Source: Vicugna vicugna (Eukaryota). Taken from it: DNA of 64,000 bases. Below the pieces are notes generated by a model that saw only the letters and a program-made list of their open reading frames with translations, had not been told where the DNA came from and did no database searches. The translations under genes and the position numbers were made by a program. The DNA is taken from assembly GCA_013265495.1 (NCBI GenBank), contig MU058584.1:1772616-1836615 (forward strand). The letters are read 5' to 3'. Each line of letters begins with the position of its first letter. Within the stretch, counting starts at the first letter, position 1. Positions 25,688 to 39,695 of the stretch are shown here, one piece after another.

Positions 25688-26297
25688 TGTGGTAGACAGA
25701 TGAATACTCCAAATTCCTCTGCAGAGAAGGACTTGCTACACCCCTGCAAGGAAGGCAGTCAAAAGTTCCTTCAGGTTCTGCCGCAACTGTAGAAAATGGG
25801 TTTCCCCGAGGTCACGACCTTCACAGAGCAACCCACATCCAGAGACTGAGCAAAAGGAGCAGAGGTATAAATTTTGGCTGTTTGGTCTGGTGTAGCTGGT
25901 GGTTTGCTGGAGCTGGCTGATGCCACCTCACAAGAATTGGTATGTGCTTTTGTGTCCCGTTCCCCACTTAATGGCATCACGTTGATAACTTGAAGTCAGC
26001 CATGGGAGGCGAATTTACATGATGGAAATTGGCAAATACTACAAATCAGGACGTTTTTTTCCCCCAGAGAGCTAACTGTTAAATATTCATCAGCGAGACA
26101 CAGGGACACCTTGTCGGGCAATCCTCCCTCTGTCACCCACTGCCAGGAGGGTGAGGCTTGACTGGGACTGTGTCACACTTTTCTTTCTTCCACTAAGCAA
26201 GACTGCTGCTTCCCTCTTCCTTCCACAGGTACTGAACCCTAACAAAAGTGCTAAATTCCATCTCATACCTGCTTCCAGAAACCCCAGGCTGCAACTT
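25688..26297 (+). mobile_element. ERVL 3' LTR (LTR16-like), interrupted by an Arthur1-like element
   Basis: tgtggtagaca...agaaggacttgct...aggtcacg...cccacatcca...ggtataaa...ccttccacaggt...gctaaattccatctca...gcttccagaaacccc...tgcaac. Confidence 0.75.
25895..26103. mobile_element. hAT-Tip100 Arthur1-like MITE
   Basis: gtttgctggagctggct...ggaaattggcaaatactacaaatcagg...agagagctaactgttaaatattcatcagc. Confidence 0.65.
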
Positions 26298-28809
26298 AAG
26301 ATTTTTTTTGGTATAAACACTACTGTTAGTAACCTTGGCATCCATGTAGCACTTGCTGCCATCGAGAAAAAAAATCGTCCTTATTTGAAATGACATTATA
26401 TACAGCAGCACTTTGAGTCAGGCTTTTGAACACCTCAGTATGGAATTTTAATTCTCAACACCCTCAGAAAGCCGAACGGCAAGCAAAGAACAACTAAGCT
26501 AAAGTTATGAAATCCTGTATTATTTCTGAAGGGCACATCGACATGAAAATGGGGGTACAGGGAAGACCGTGGTGGTACAAAGACGTATAACTGAAACTCT
26601 TGTTTGAAATAATCGAATGGAAATGCTCCCAGTATTAGTTAATCAATCACCTCTACACGTAAAAACAGCTGCAACAGGCATTTTTAACCACATTTTTTGT
26701 GCTTAACGTGTAATATAATCACTCACTCATGATTCACAAAATATTCAATAAAATGTCGGGTAAAAAATTTCAACTACTCTTAAGCTTGAAAATATCCTTT
26801 TTCATGGGTGCAGTTGCTAATTCGTGGTGCTTGTGGGGAACAGAATGTGGATATAGTGATGCCAAAAGAGCCAGCCCCAACCTGGAAATGGCCCAGGAAA
26901 CTAAGGGAAAGAATTCAGGGCTGAGATCCTAGGTCCAAAACATGGTAAAGATGTGTCCTGGGTCCTAGATGAATATCGCCCACCGTAGCCTGCTAGTGAA
27001 ACACTCACACACTCACAGGTACAACACTCTTCCCTCATAAGCTCCTACGTCCTACCTCCTGAATGTTAGTTACTACACCTGCTGTGGTTTTCGCGGCTTT
27101 CTCATTTTGGAGACTGTGTTTCAGCTCCTTCTCCATTCACTTGAACACAATGTTTTGACTTCTCTTTGGCTTCCTGAACTGGCCCTGCCTTCCTGAAGTG
27201 GACAACACTTTCCCCTTGATGCCCAGCCCAGAAAGACGTGTTGGCTCCCACCCTTTTCAGGATGTAGACTTTAGCCGTGGGCAGCAGATGCAGGCCAGCT
27301 GCATCCACTTCCAGGCCTCGCTCCTGCAACCAGAGTGTGGCAGGGGTAATGCCTCCCAGATCTATCATCTCTGTCCTGGCTCTCCAGACAGAGGACACCA
27401 GATCGTCACTAATTCTTGATGGCTTTGGGGAACAGGAATGATAGCACCATTTCTGGAACAAGAGACAAAGTTAGATCTTTAACAAGGTGTGGAATTTTAC
27501 CCATCAGAATTACAGTGCAGTTGATTCTTATGATAAAAGCTGTCACGATGAAGATCAGACCACATTTCCCAAAGGCTTGTTCCCAGCAAGGGAGGCCATG
27601 TGTCAAAATATTGTCTTTGAAGATGCAGCTTGGAGTTGGAAAAAGTGGACAGAAAAAAAAAAAGCAGAGTGATAATGAGGAGACAGTGAGGATGGGGGGG
27701 GAAGGGAAGCAGGGAGAGAAATACAGCTTCTGGAAGAATGTATGTTTAAGGAGAAACTTAAAAACTCCTTCTGTTTTCTGTATTGTGCGTTGCCCTATAT
27801 GACACTTCTACAGAGTTCTAGACTAAAGATCTATGTTATGCTTCAAGGTTTCTGGAGACAGATTATAGTTTCTTTAAATGTTGCTGTGAGGCTCTGCTCC
27901 GAGGCAGCTGGGTTTATATAGGTCATATGGAGAAAAATGAATAGCATACATTTAGTTCTTTCTCTTTGTCAGTATACAGTAAACCAAATTAGCTGGAGTA
28001 AAGGTCAAGTAAATGAAGATTCAGTCCACACACTTGAAAACACTCGGCGATCTTAAGATGCTCTGCATTTTAATGAGATGAGACATCGTGTATACAATTC
28101 CATAGGTCGTGTATCTGACCTATGGTCAGGTCCCAATAAAGACTTATATTTCCTTTTCCTTACCCATTTCTTCTCTTCACGTGATAAATACTAGCTCATC
28201 AAAATACCTTAGTTGGAAAAACTAGAAATTATGCAAAAAAAGAAAAGAGAACAAAAAGGTTAAGATGTCAGTCCTGCAGAATTAAACCACTAAGTGGCCT
28301 CCAGCCTTTCAGGCACAGGGAGGGATCAGTGTGTCCTAAAACCCCAACGCCTTTGATTCTGCCAATCCAAGGAGTCATTTTTAAGGATACCGCCTTTAAT
28401 TTCTCTTTAGTGATCTCAGTCTCTTTGTATTCATTACATTTCTTCACGTTCTGATTTCTCTCTTCCACCTTCCTCAGGCACCCAGCACCACCACTCCTAC
28501 TTCTTGGAGGATTAAAGGAGCTATTCTTATGTATTTATGTCTGGGTGTAGGGAAAACAGTTGGTTACCATCCCACTCATCAACTGTAATGGATTCACGTA
28601 TGCCTGAAGGCTGCCGCGGCATCCTTCTCAACACAATACTGGGCAGGGTGTGAGGGGGGCTGTTCTGTGATTAGTCAATTCACTAGTGATGCTTCTGGTG
28701 GGTTGGGAGGCTGATGGTGTTAACTGTGCAGTATGTTTGTCAAACTGCCTTCGTGTAATTTTAAGTCAGTATTTAACCCTGCTCCCAACTCCATCAGAAT
28801 ACTCAGTAC

Positions 28810-29050
28810 TTTTTTAAAATGTTTATTATGAAATGGTTTAAATATTTACAAATATAAAGACAATAGAACAATAAACCTGATTTATCCACAATCCAGATCC
28901 ATCAAGTATCAAAACATGGACAGTCTTCCTACCTCCAACCACCACATCCCCTGATCTCAAGATTATTTTAAAACTAACCCCAGAAATTAGAGTATTTTAC
29001 CTGCCAGTATTTCAGTACATATCTCTAAAGAGACAAGGACACTTTTAATA
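28810..29050 (-). mobile_element. Old L1 (L1MC-type) 3' end fragment
   Basis: tttattatgaaatgg...gattattttaaaactaacccc...atttcagtacatatctctaaa. Confidence 0.55.
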
Positions 29051-30318
29051 CTTGTATTGTCTGGTTCCTCCAAATAAAGGAATGAAGACTTCACATTTTC
29101 AGGAGGTAGGTGCCCTCCTCTGGATTGCCAAGCTCACGGAGAATTACACTTTCCTGCCTTTTTCAAGACTGGTGATTTGAGAATTGCAGGCGACTTTGTT
29201 CAATTGTAAAGATTGTAAAGGAGATGTTTGCCTCATTTTTCTCAATGAGCAGACTTCATCGCACATGCAAAGGCAGAAAATACCAGCAAATGAGAGTGGA
29301 GCAGTAGGCAGGAGAGACTCGAAGTGAACAAAGCCCTTCCAAGCACAGCTGAGAAAGAGCAGCCAACATTGCTCCAATTTCATTAAGATAAAAACCAAAT
29401 TGGCTCCTGGCCAACAAAAATAATGATGTGGAGGAGGGGGGATATGTTTTGATGAAGCAATGGTTCAATATTACACAAACAATTCAATGAAGAGTCTTAC
29501 TGGATTCTGGTTTCTAATTCTATACAACATCAATAAAGTTTGAGAAGAGTCAGAAAAACTAGCCTTATATCCCATTTTCTAAGAGGAACTAAGCCTGGAG
29601 GGTGAATTTTCGTCACAAGAGACTGGAATCAAGTTTACGTGTTAACTACCTAACCTGCCCATTCTAGGTGAAGCCACGGATAAGGAAGCAAATGTCACAC
29701 GATAGACCATGTGACCTTGATGATTTGAAAGGGCCATTTCAACAATCCCAAACCACAGGATCAACATTTTCTCTCAACCCACTGCATTTTTTTTCTGTGG
29801 CCATAGCTTAAATGACCGCCTCAGTTCCCAGCAAAATAAAATGTGCCTTCTGTGCCATGTCTCTGCTCGCTCTCTGCGCCTCTCCTTATTTCCACACCAG
29901 TACGAGGACCAGAGCAGCACAAGCCAGTCAGGGCCGTTCATCTTTGCTCGTCTGAGACTCCATCGCCTCCTCTCCAGGGCCTCCTCCTCGCCAGGGAATC
30001 CCCCTTTACTCAAGCTGTTCCTTGGAGCTGTTTTCTTCCCTCTCCCCAGATGTACGCCCACCCATGAAATGTCTATGAATAATACTCTGGTTCCATAAAG
30101 CACATTAAATAAGCCACTGCATGAGTTGGCATCACCATTCCTCCGTCCCTTAGAAAGTGGATAACTCAAAGCACACCGGCTGGCCGTTAGTGAATGTACA
30201 GCAGACAGCAAGCAAATTGTGTCCACTGTTGCTTGAGCCCCTCCCTCCACCTTCCAGAAGGCAAGACTGCCCCACGTCAGTGCAGGGAGCATCTGCGTGC
30301 TGATTTCTCTTACATGCA

Positions 30319-30665
30319 CGATCTTAATCTGTTCCAGCTGCTATAACAATATACCGTAGGCTGGGTGACTTATATAAACAATGGAAATTTATTTTTCACG
30401 GTTCTGGAGGCTGAGAAGTCCCAAATCAAGGTATGAGTAGATTTGGTGCCTGGTGACAGCCTTTTCTCCTGGTTCATAGATGGCTACCGTCTCACTGTGA
30501 CCTCACATGGCTGAAGGGGCTAGGGCACTCTTTGGAGTCTCTTTTATAAAGTCACTAATCCCATTCACGGGGTCCACCCTATGATTTAATCACCTACAAA
30601 GGTCTCCCACCTCCTACACCATCGCACAGGAATTTGCGGGGTTCACAAACATTCAGCCTGTAACA
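30319..30665 (-). mobile_element. MaLR solo LTR (MLT1A-like)
   Basis: tcttaatctgttccagctgctataacaa...ttcacggttctggaggctgagaagtcc...cacaaacattcagcctgtaaca. Confidence 0.88.
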
Positions 30666-31499
30666 CGCATCTTGACTATGCATTACCATATGCTTTAGAC
30701 TTAATACAAATCATTTTCTAAAAGTGTTTTGTGATGAAAGACACAACATAAGTGGAAGTTCTCACTGTTGCTTGCATTATAGCTTTGCCACAATATACTT
30801 TACTTAGAACGATCAGAAAATTACCTATTTTCCCAATCATCGGGTAAAGTATGGAATATTCTTTCCTGTGAACAAGACAGACCCATGTTGAATAGTATAA
30901 CTTTGATAGGTAGTATTTTTATTGTTATTTTTTATATTATGCTTCTGTACTTTGCTTTATGCATCAGCTTTTCACAAAATGCAAAGAATGGTCCCTCAGT
31001 GATTTTTTAGCTTCTGACTATTACAAATAAAGAGAAACTTCTTCAATTGCCTCTTCCCTCTCACGGAGGAAGCAACTGCCTACATGAAGGACTCACAGAC
31101 AAGGTCAGAGGAGACCATCATTGTAAAATGTCCCAGTCCCCTCACTTGAGCCACATTGGAAAGAGGGCAAGTGTAGGAATAGTTCAACTCTCTACCACGG
31201 GACTCCGTGTGGCTCTTTAGAGCTTTGTGAGCAGACACTGAGGCTCCTGCAGGAAAAAAAAAAAAAATATTTTAATTGTTGCAGAAACAGTTTATAGCAA
31301 TAAATAGCTAAACATAAAAAGCTATTGAGTTTAAATTAATTATGTATTTAAATTTCAAAATTTCATAGAAAAAATAAAGGAGTCAGTGACACCATTGATT
31401 TACCATAGGGGACAATATGACCGTCCCCGCGTTACAGGGGACTGTGTGGATTGCCTCACAAAGCATTCAGCACATTTAATCAAAGCCAGATGACAATTT

Positions 31500-32600
31500 G
31501 TCAAGTTTGACAATTTGAATGTTCTCTTTCCCTCACATTACCCCCAACTCCATTTGCGTAAACTCTTTTGGTTCCATCCACAAAATGTATCAGTCCGCTT
31601 TCTTTTTGCCTGAGACTTAGCCACAATTAATTATCTTTTTGCCTCAACAAAGGTAACTTTTTCCCATTCTATCTACCCTTTTTACTTGGACATCATTCCT
31701 TTTCTTCTTTTTTCTTTTCTTTTTCTTAATTTTTATTGAAGTCTAGTTGATTTACAATGTTGTATTAATTTCCGGTCTACAGTAAAGTGATTGAGTTATA
31801 CATATATTCTTTGTGTGTGTGTATATACATATATATTTATATTCTTTTTCAGATTCTTTTCCATTATGGTTTATTACGGGATATTGATTATAGTGCTCTC
31901 TACTACACACTAAGGCCTTGCTGTTTTTCTATTTTACATATAGTAATTTTTATCTATTAATTCCAAACTCCTAATTTATCCTTCCCTCACCCCCTCTAGA
32001 CGTCATTCTCACTCAGCAAATTGTAAGTTGAATTATGTCACTATCCTGCTTAAAACACCTAGTACTTAGAGTGAAATCCAACACCTCTACTCTGGTCTAG
32101 AAAGTCTTGAAAGACTTAGCTCCCTTCTGCCTTTCCAGACTCACTTCTCTCTCCTCCTCTGTCACCACATTCTGCAACAGCAGTCTCTTTTCTGTGCCTC
32201 AACCAAATCAAAGTCTGCATCAGTCAGGGACTTTTCACTGCTGCTCCCCTTCCTTAACTCTCTTCCCTTTGGCTCTTCTTGTGGTCAGTATCTTCCCTTC
32301 TCCAAGATACCAACTCGAGTGTCATCATCTCAGAGGTAACTTGCCTGACGTCTCAGTATACTCTCAGTTACTCTTTCACATGGTCCTGGTTTTTTCCTTC
32401 ATAAACCTATGGTCACCCGAAATATTCTCATATATTTATTTAGTTACTTATTTACTTCAACCTGGTTTTTCCCACAAGACTGTTATCTTCATGAGGATAG
32501 GAACTGTCCTTGTGTGTCTTTATCACCACTGTATCCCAAGGTTCCAGTGCAGTCTCTGGCCAGGGGGTCGGGGGTGCATTCAGAAAAGGATTAATGATTA
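31500..32600 (+). mobile_element. L2 3' region, interrupted by an L1 tail
   Basis: attatgtcactatcctgcttaaaacacc...cttagagtgaaatccaa...cttcatgaggataggaactgtc...caccactgtatccc. Confidence 0.7.
31699..31996 (-). mobile_element. Short, younger (cetartiodactyl-type) L1 3' end with TSD
   Basis: T-rich tail, then ttttattgaagtctagttgatttacaatgttg...ccaaactcctaatttatccc. TSD tggacatcattc (31687-31698) / tagacgtcattc (31997-32008). Confidence 0.85.
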
Positions 32601-32649
32601 AAGATATGTATAGAAAGGCAAAGAGGGGAAGAAGGTGACTTTGACAGTT

Positions 32650-34612
32650 CTTTGGTGTTTACTGTGTCTTTATATTGAATGTGCACTTCTTGTAGGAAGT
32701 GTATTGTTGGTCCCTGTTTTTTATTCAATCTAATAATCTATGCCTTTTATTTGGGGGTATTTGATCCATTTACACTTGATACGATTGCTGATATGGTTAG
32801 GATTAATTCTATCTAGAAGGCGATCTCTTTTTCCTCTCTCTTTCTTCTTTTGAATTAACTGACTGCTTTATTTTAATTTCATTATGTTTTTGTTGTTGTT
32901 AAATTTTTAGTTATAGATCTGTCATGTTATTTTAGAAGATGCTTTTGGGTTTGTAGTATATATCTTTAACTTATCACAGTCTATTTACAAGTGTCAATAT
33001 ATTTATTGTTTCACATATGGCATAGGGAATTCACAGCAGTATTCTCCAATTTCTCCCCCTTCTGTCCTATGCACTATTATTGACATACATTTTATTTTTA
33101 CATATGTTATAAATCCCACACCACATTGATATAATTTTTGTTTAGATGTTGATTACTGTTTACAGATTTAATACGATTTTCATCTTATCCTTATTCTTGT
33201 ATATTTACCTATGTTGTAATTGTTTCTATGTCCTTCATTTCTTTGTTAAGATTCGAACTATCATCTGGTCGTATTTTTCTCTTCCTCAAAGACTTACTTT
33301 ATCATCTCTTGAAAGGTAAGTGTGCTGCTGGTGAATACTGATTTTAACAGCTCTATCTCTGAAAAAGTCTTCGTTTTGTCCTCAAATTTGAGCGCTAATT
33401 TCATTGAGTACAAAATTCTGAAGGCATCTTTCCTTGTCAGTACTTCAACTCCACTGTCTTCTTGCTTGCAGTTTTTCTGACAAAATAATCTGCTGTCACA
33501 TTTATCTTTGATCCTTAGTGTGAAATGTGACTTTTGTCTCTGGATGCTTTTATGATTTTGCTCTTTGTCACTGGTTTGAACAAATTGATTGCTGTGCCTT
33601 AGTGTAGTTTTCTTCATGCCTTGTGTGCTTAGGGTTCATTAAACTTTATTGATCTGTGGGACTATAATCTATAAGTGTCATCAAGTTTGTCAAACTTTTG
33701 GCCATTATTTCTCTAAATATTTTTCTTTCCTACCCCTCTCTCTTCTATGAACTCTATTTATGTGTACATTAGGTCTCTTATGGCTTTTTTAATATAATTT
33801 TAATTATATTTTTGTTTTTTCTTTCTGTGCTTACTTTTGGAAAGTTCCTACTGCTTGATTGTTACAGTCACTGATATTTTCTTCTGCAGTGTCTGATCTT
33901 TTGTTAATCTCAGACATTTGAGTTTCAGCGCTTGTGCCTAATATTTTTGTCTTCCTGTGAATAGTCTTAAGCTTTGTTCTGAAATTAACTTACTTGAAAG
34001 CAATTAAAATTTAGGAGATCTTATTTCTAAGATTTGTTAAGCAGACCGAGATTATGGTTAATCTAGAAATAAAGATTTTGTACTATCAGGACAATATTCC
34101 TCTGTATATTCTATCCAATGTTTAATAAATTAGGGTGATTTTCTAGTCTTAATGGTGGGGCCAGGAACACTTCCTGAACCCATGTGACTGCCAGGCATGT
34201 TATCCCTACTTCTTTTGGATGATTCTTTCCCCAAATTCCTATAGTTTCCTCAAACATATATATTGATCATTACCCAAGTGAATCCTCAAGGGCAACCCTC
34301 TGAAAATCTCTGGAGTTCTCTATCTGTACAACTCTCTCTTCTCTAGTATTCTGTTCAATGAACTCTAGCCACCTTCATATTCCTGGTCTCTTAATAATAT
34401 CTCTTCTACCCAGGGAGTCCATGTGGCTTCACCTTGAGTTTTCCTTTCCTGTTCCATGGCCCAGGAACTCTCCATACAGTAACATGAGACAATTATAGGT
34501 CACCTCATTTGTTTGCCTGGTGTCCAGTGTCTTGAATAAAATTATTACATATATTTTGTTCATTTCAGTTATTTTATGTGAAAAGATAAATACAGTTCCT
34601 GGTTTGCGATCT
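32650..34612 (-). mobile_element. Old L1 5' region/ORF1 remnant (L1MD/L1ME-type)
   Basis: ORF-track peptide 33294-33617 (KKTTLRH...TSDKEQ...RILYSMKLALKFEDKTKTFSE...FTSSTLTFQEMIK) resembles the L1 ORF1p C-terminal domain. Confidence 0.8.
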
Positions 34613-36744
34613 TGTTTCAAGAGTCACTATGGTGGCTGTTTTTGTTTTTATTTTTTATTTTTTTGCTTTGTTTTTTAATGCAGAGTTTGGAGAATAAATA
34701 GTTTAAGTCTAGAGAGCATGAAAAATGAGGGACAAACAAAAGCCAATGAGGAGTTGGGGACTGGGACAGACAAGAAGATCTTAGTTGCCAGGAGTGACAC
34801 ATGAGGGAAGGGAATAGGAAGGAAAGGTAAAATATGAACTACAAATACGATTTCCCTAGGTTTGATTCACGTAAAAATTTTAAGGATACGCAATTAAATT
34901 TTAATTATTTTAAAATTACTTTTGGTTGTCAGATTATGTCCTTTGTTTTGATTTGTTGTAAATATTATGCCATACACGAACTGGGCCACTGGCTTTTATG
35001 CAGATTGTAAATATTGCCATGTGCTTTCAAAAGTCTGTACTTTCCCACATGCTTTTTTTTTTGTATTTGAAATGTGATTCCACCTTGACCTCACTAAATT
35101 CTTTACATCCTTTTACCTTCAGCAGAAGTGTCATTTCCTCTGTGAAGCCTTTCACCTCTGCCCTCAGGCTAAGCTTGTTTCTCCCCTGCTCCTACTGTTC
35201 TTTGCTCAGGTAGACACAAATTCTAACACGTACTATAGTGTATGCCACTTACGTGTTTATACACTACTTTCCTCAGCAGACTGAGATTACTCACATCTCA
35301 ATCACTTTTGATCCAGATCCCCAGTACTTTTGCAAAATAATATATACTCTTCTCTTATTTTTCCATGTCTGCTGTTTATTGAAGAATTCCTAATCTAATA
35401 GGCATGTGGCTTATTCCTCAATTTTTTTCCCAAATTTAATATTGTAAAAAGCTACAACTATTATTTGGTGCGGTCTTATAAGCCTGATAAAGTAATGAAT
35501 ACCTTTTACCAATTTAGCATTACTTGAGCTATATGTTTTATTCTAAACCTGGCTGTCATCAGACTCTCCCATCCCAGATATATAGCAAATCAAAATTTCT
35601 GAAGAGCAATTCCTAGCATTATGTGCTTTTTTAAGTAGTAACCAGGGTGAATGTGGTCATTGACAGATATCTGACTTTGTTCCTAGTTAGATGTGCAAAG
35701 ATCTGAGATTGCCTTTCTGGGCTGTTGCATTTTAGGAAAGTTGGTTGCCCGGGGACCTCATTAAATTTGAAGATTTATAATAGAACCAAGATGGCAAAGG
35801 ACAAAAATTTGGATGGACATGTAACAATTAATATAGACATACACACACCTCTATTTCCTATCTAGGGTGGTGAGTATAGTTAGTTAGTAAATATGTATGT
35901 ATTTATTGAAGGATATAAACAACTAAACTGTAGTACTTTTGCCATTCAAATAGTAAACCTATCAGGAATAAATTATGCATGGTCATTTTCCCTTTTTTGT
36001 CCCTCTTTTGCCATTTTCTAGGAATTGCTTGCCATAATTTGGTTGTAATAAAATGTGACTGCTTGGGAAATGTTCGCAGAGTTGGCATTCATTTGCATGC
36101 TGCTGCCATTTCAGCCCAGGGCATTCTCTCCTTCTTCCTGGTTCTCCCTCATCTCCCCCACAAACCCCCCTTGCAGAGCACTGATGAGATGTGACAACAG
36201 AAAACACTAGTGCATTTCCTAGAGATTTACCAACATCCAGAAGGAAAGCTCGGAGGAAAAGGAACAATAGAAAAGGGGACTTGTGGAAGGAAGAAAGTTC
36301 CTAAGCCTATCATTTGCAAATGTCAGCTGCATTCTCAGGGAACTCTAGAGACTGTTAAGCAAACCTGTTTCTAATGAATACAACAAGAGCCATTTGAATT
36401 CTCGAGACTTGAGCCAGTCACATTTAACAGATCACCCAGTCTATCTTCCATTATCCTCAGAGGCAGCCTGGGCCTCACAGCATCTTTTCAATTTCAGCTT
36501 CAAATGGCCCAAGCTATTTGGGCTTCAATGGGATTCAACAGGAAAATGATGTCAGAGGGTTAACATAATTTTCCCATAACACTATATAATTGCTATGTAC
36601 TTTATAATATTATGTGCTATAATATTATATAAATATATAGAGATATGAATATTATGTGCTATAATATTACTTAATTGTTATGTATTTGTCATCCCGTTCT
36701 CTTTGCACTTTGGTTTCGGTGATCAATTAGTCTCCATTATTTAT

Positions 36745-36985
36745 TAACAGAATCAGAAAAGCAGCATAGACGTGTAGAGCCAGTAGACCTAGATCTTCTT
36801 CTCTATTCCAGCATTCGTTACTTGCTGGACCTTGGGTAAAACACATCCTCTCCAGACCTCAATGTCTGCAACTGCAAAAATGATATAAAACTTCATCTTA
36901 CCTCAAATGCTTGCTGAAAGGGTAAAATGGAAGGATGTATTTTAAAAGTATAAAGTAATATAAACATATGAATTAGTATAATTAT
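36745..36985 (+). mobile_element. MIR SINE
   Basis: ttacttgctggaccttgggtaaa...cctctccagacctcaatgtctgcaactgcaaaaatg. Confidence 0.7.
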
Positions 36986-37573
36986 GGGTGTAATCATTCC
37001 CGAATAGCCGAAGGTGACTTTTTGCCTCATTGAACTCTTTGCTGAGTCACACTCTATAAAAGAGAGAATATTCTGTTCTTCAATATTACTTGGCTGAACA
37101 TGTGCATCATTCCTTTAGTTGGCTGCTTCAATTCACAAATCATTCTTGTCACTCTGAATTCTCTCCTCTTTACCACTATATATCTGATCCTGAGGGGTCC
37201 ATTGAGCAAGAATATTAAATAGGGCACAGTGCTGATAAGATTCTCCATCACCTTCTTCCAAGGACATTACTTCCACTGAATCCAGTTCATATTTACTTCC
37301 TCCTGTGCAACTACTAGTCCAACTACCATTATCCCTTAAATAGAAATTATTACAATTCCCCAGGGCCAAAAAATTAGTAAAGAAAGGATAACTTTTAAAT
37401 GAACAAGGTACTAGCCCTGAATAAGTATGTGTACCATTTTGCATTTATGAAATTATTGACATGTTTTCATAATAATGTCTATTGTCCTGTGCTAAGTAGT
37501 AACTGGGTGAATAGCTCCCCATGGGCACTAATATGCTTCAGAGAAAAAAACTGAGCTAGATGCATCGCCTTAC

Positions 37574-37670
37574 CATTTGGGATTTCTTGAAGAAGCGCGT
37601 GACTTTCAGTCATCCTGATGTCTGAGTGCCACTTAGTTGAATTTGATGTGATATGTTCTGATTTTGGCCG
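37574..37670 (-). other. Candidate exon in TE-poor sequence
   Basis: Minus strand tttgtttctgtttgaaag|CGGCC...CCAAATG|gtaagg, preceded by a long pyrimidine tract. One frame is open (RPKSEHITSNSTKWHSDIRMTESHALLQEIPN), but I do not recognise the peptide. Confidence 0.3.
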
Positions 37671-39349
37671 CTTTCAAACAGAAACAAAGGCCAACCCATC
37701 AGAGGTCGAGGGAAAGGAAAGAAAAGGAGATGAACAAGAGAACATTGATAAAAATAAAAATGAAGAGAAGAAAGGAAAAAAAGGAGAAAGGAGGAGCAAA
37801 GGAAGAAGAGAAGCTGTAAAGGACGAGGGAAAAATTTCTGTGAGCTGTAAGGGGCATACTGTTATATTTTTGAGAGGAATATTTATTGTAATATATGTTA
37901 AACAGTTAAAATTTTCTTTTTCTTTTCCTTTCCTCAACCCGCATTAGCAATGCCTGAAATTGTGAATAATGAACATGTGTCAGAGTTTGCAAATTCAACA
38001 GCAATGGTAGGGGATGCAGAAATGGAACCATCTTACGAGTACAAAGGCCTTGTTAAAAATGAACTATAGTGTTACTTTACGCTGAAAAATCACTTTCCCG
38101 TATTAAACCATCTCCACCTTTCATTTTATATAATGAAAAGTGTCAGCAGAATCATATTTAATACTTTCCTTGAGAAGTGGTTGATGCCGCTTCCAAATCT
38201 TGGTCCAAACTTATTTCCACACAAGCCAGGTTCAACCCCATTCAAACTAATTGCACTCTTTTATGAGATGGTTAGACTTGGAGGGTTGTGATAGGATGGT
38301 ATAGAAGGTGGTTGTCATTAGGCCACTGAACCAGAGATAGCAGGGTGCCCAGTCCAGCTGGTGAGCAGATAAAGGACAGCAGGCAACACTACAGACAAGG
38401 TGGGTGCATTATACCCACTCTGCCCCCCAGCAAAGTCGGGGTTTCGGATATGACCAGAATAGAGGGGAGGGACATGGGGAAGCAGACACTGACCTGGATA
38501 AATAGGAAAAGTGACCCCAAAAAGTGAAGATTTATCCCCAATTAAAAAGCAGATGTGTGACAAGGATTATGGTGCAAATCCTTAACCATCCGAGTAGCAG
38601 AGTTGGCTCGATGCTGAGTCATCTGAATAAAAACTTCATAAGTCCCTACCACAGAAAGGAAGTTTTGGCCCAGGTATTGAGACAAGATGAGTTTTCAGAA
38701 ATACATTAATAGGATTACGGAGAGTTATAAACTCAAGGTACTGCTTCCTTCCCTGGTATGGGCCTAGTGTTCCCAAATCATCTGATTTTTCCTGTTAAAT
38801 TACAATATCTAACTGTTATATAAAATTGCAATTTGGAACTGGTTGAAAATTTTGCAAAATACTGCACAGGGCAAACAAAACATTTCTGTGGACTGTCTGT
38901 GTTCAATCTCTGTTATCCTCTCTGGAAGTTAGTACTCATTTCTTTTCAGTCCTGTATAGTTCTCTACTTGTTGGTGTATGTTATTGTTTTCTTGTCAATT
39001 AAATTTTAGACTGGGCTGTCATTTCATTCCTGGCCATAGTTCTCACGGTACCCAACACTGTGCTTAATAAATACTGGAGAATGCATTGATTGCCTCTGAC
39101 AGGATATTGAATAAAGATCAAAAGACAAGAAGAAGTATTGACATATTGTGGAAGGGGGTAGAAAAATAATAACTTTTCCCTAAGATCACTTAGGGATTGA
39201 GAAAACATACCAGTGGGGGAAAAATCTCTATCAGTAAAGACAGCAATATGGCAGTTCATTGTTTTAGGAAAATCTGGTGAAAGGAACAACCTGGCCAATA
39301 ACCCTGCTATTATTATACGAAAGAAACACCTGTAGATGATTCACTGGCT

Positions 39350-39450
39350 AACTGGGGAAAGGAGAAGAGGGAGGAAGGGAAGGAGGGAGGAAGGGAGGTA
39401 GGGAGGTAGCGAGGAAGGGAGGAAAGAAAAGAAAAAGAGGAGAGAGAAAC
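39350..39450. repeat. GA-rich low-complexity tract
   Basis: Directly visible (ggaa/ggag)n. Confidence 0.85.
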
Positions 39451-39524
39451 CAGTAAGTATGTTGAGACAGAGACTAAAAAGTAAAAGTTTGAGGATATTC
39501 CGATATAACCCCAAGCAAGAAAAG

Positions 39525-39695
39525 GCAGCAGGGTGTTTCCAGAGCCAGCTCAAACTGACTGGTAAGACCTGAGATCTTTCATCTCTTCCTTCATCTTGCT
39601 CAATGACTTCACACTGGTAGCTCGAAATCAGCTATGATGGAACTAGTGACACTATGGAAATCAGCAGATGCTGCAAACAAGAGCTGCATCCACTG
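39525..39695. mobile_element. Arthur1-like hAT-Tip100 MITE
   Basis: cagagccagctc...ggtagctcgaaatcagc...acactatggaaatcagcagatgctgcaaa...ccactg; related to 25895-26103. Confidence 0.55.

Noticed and set aside
29774..30319. Longest ORF in the track (181 aa, minus strand)
   Set aside because: Non-ATG start, no recognisable homology, and a length expected by chance in a locally GC-richer stretch.
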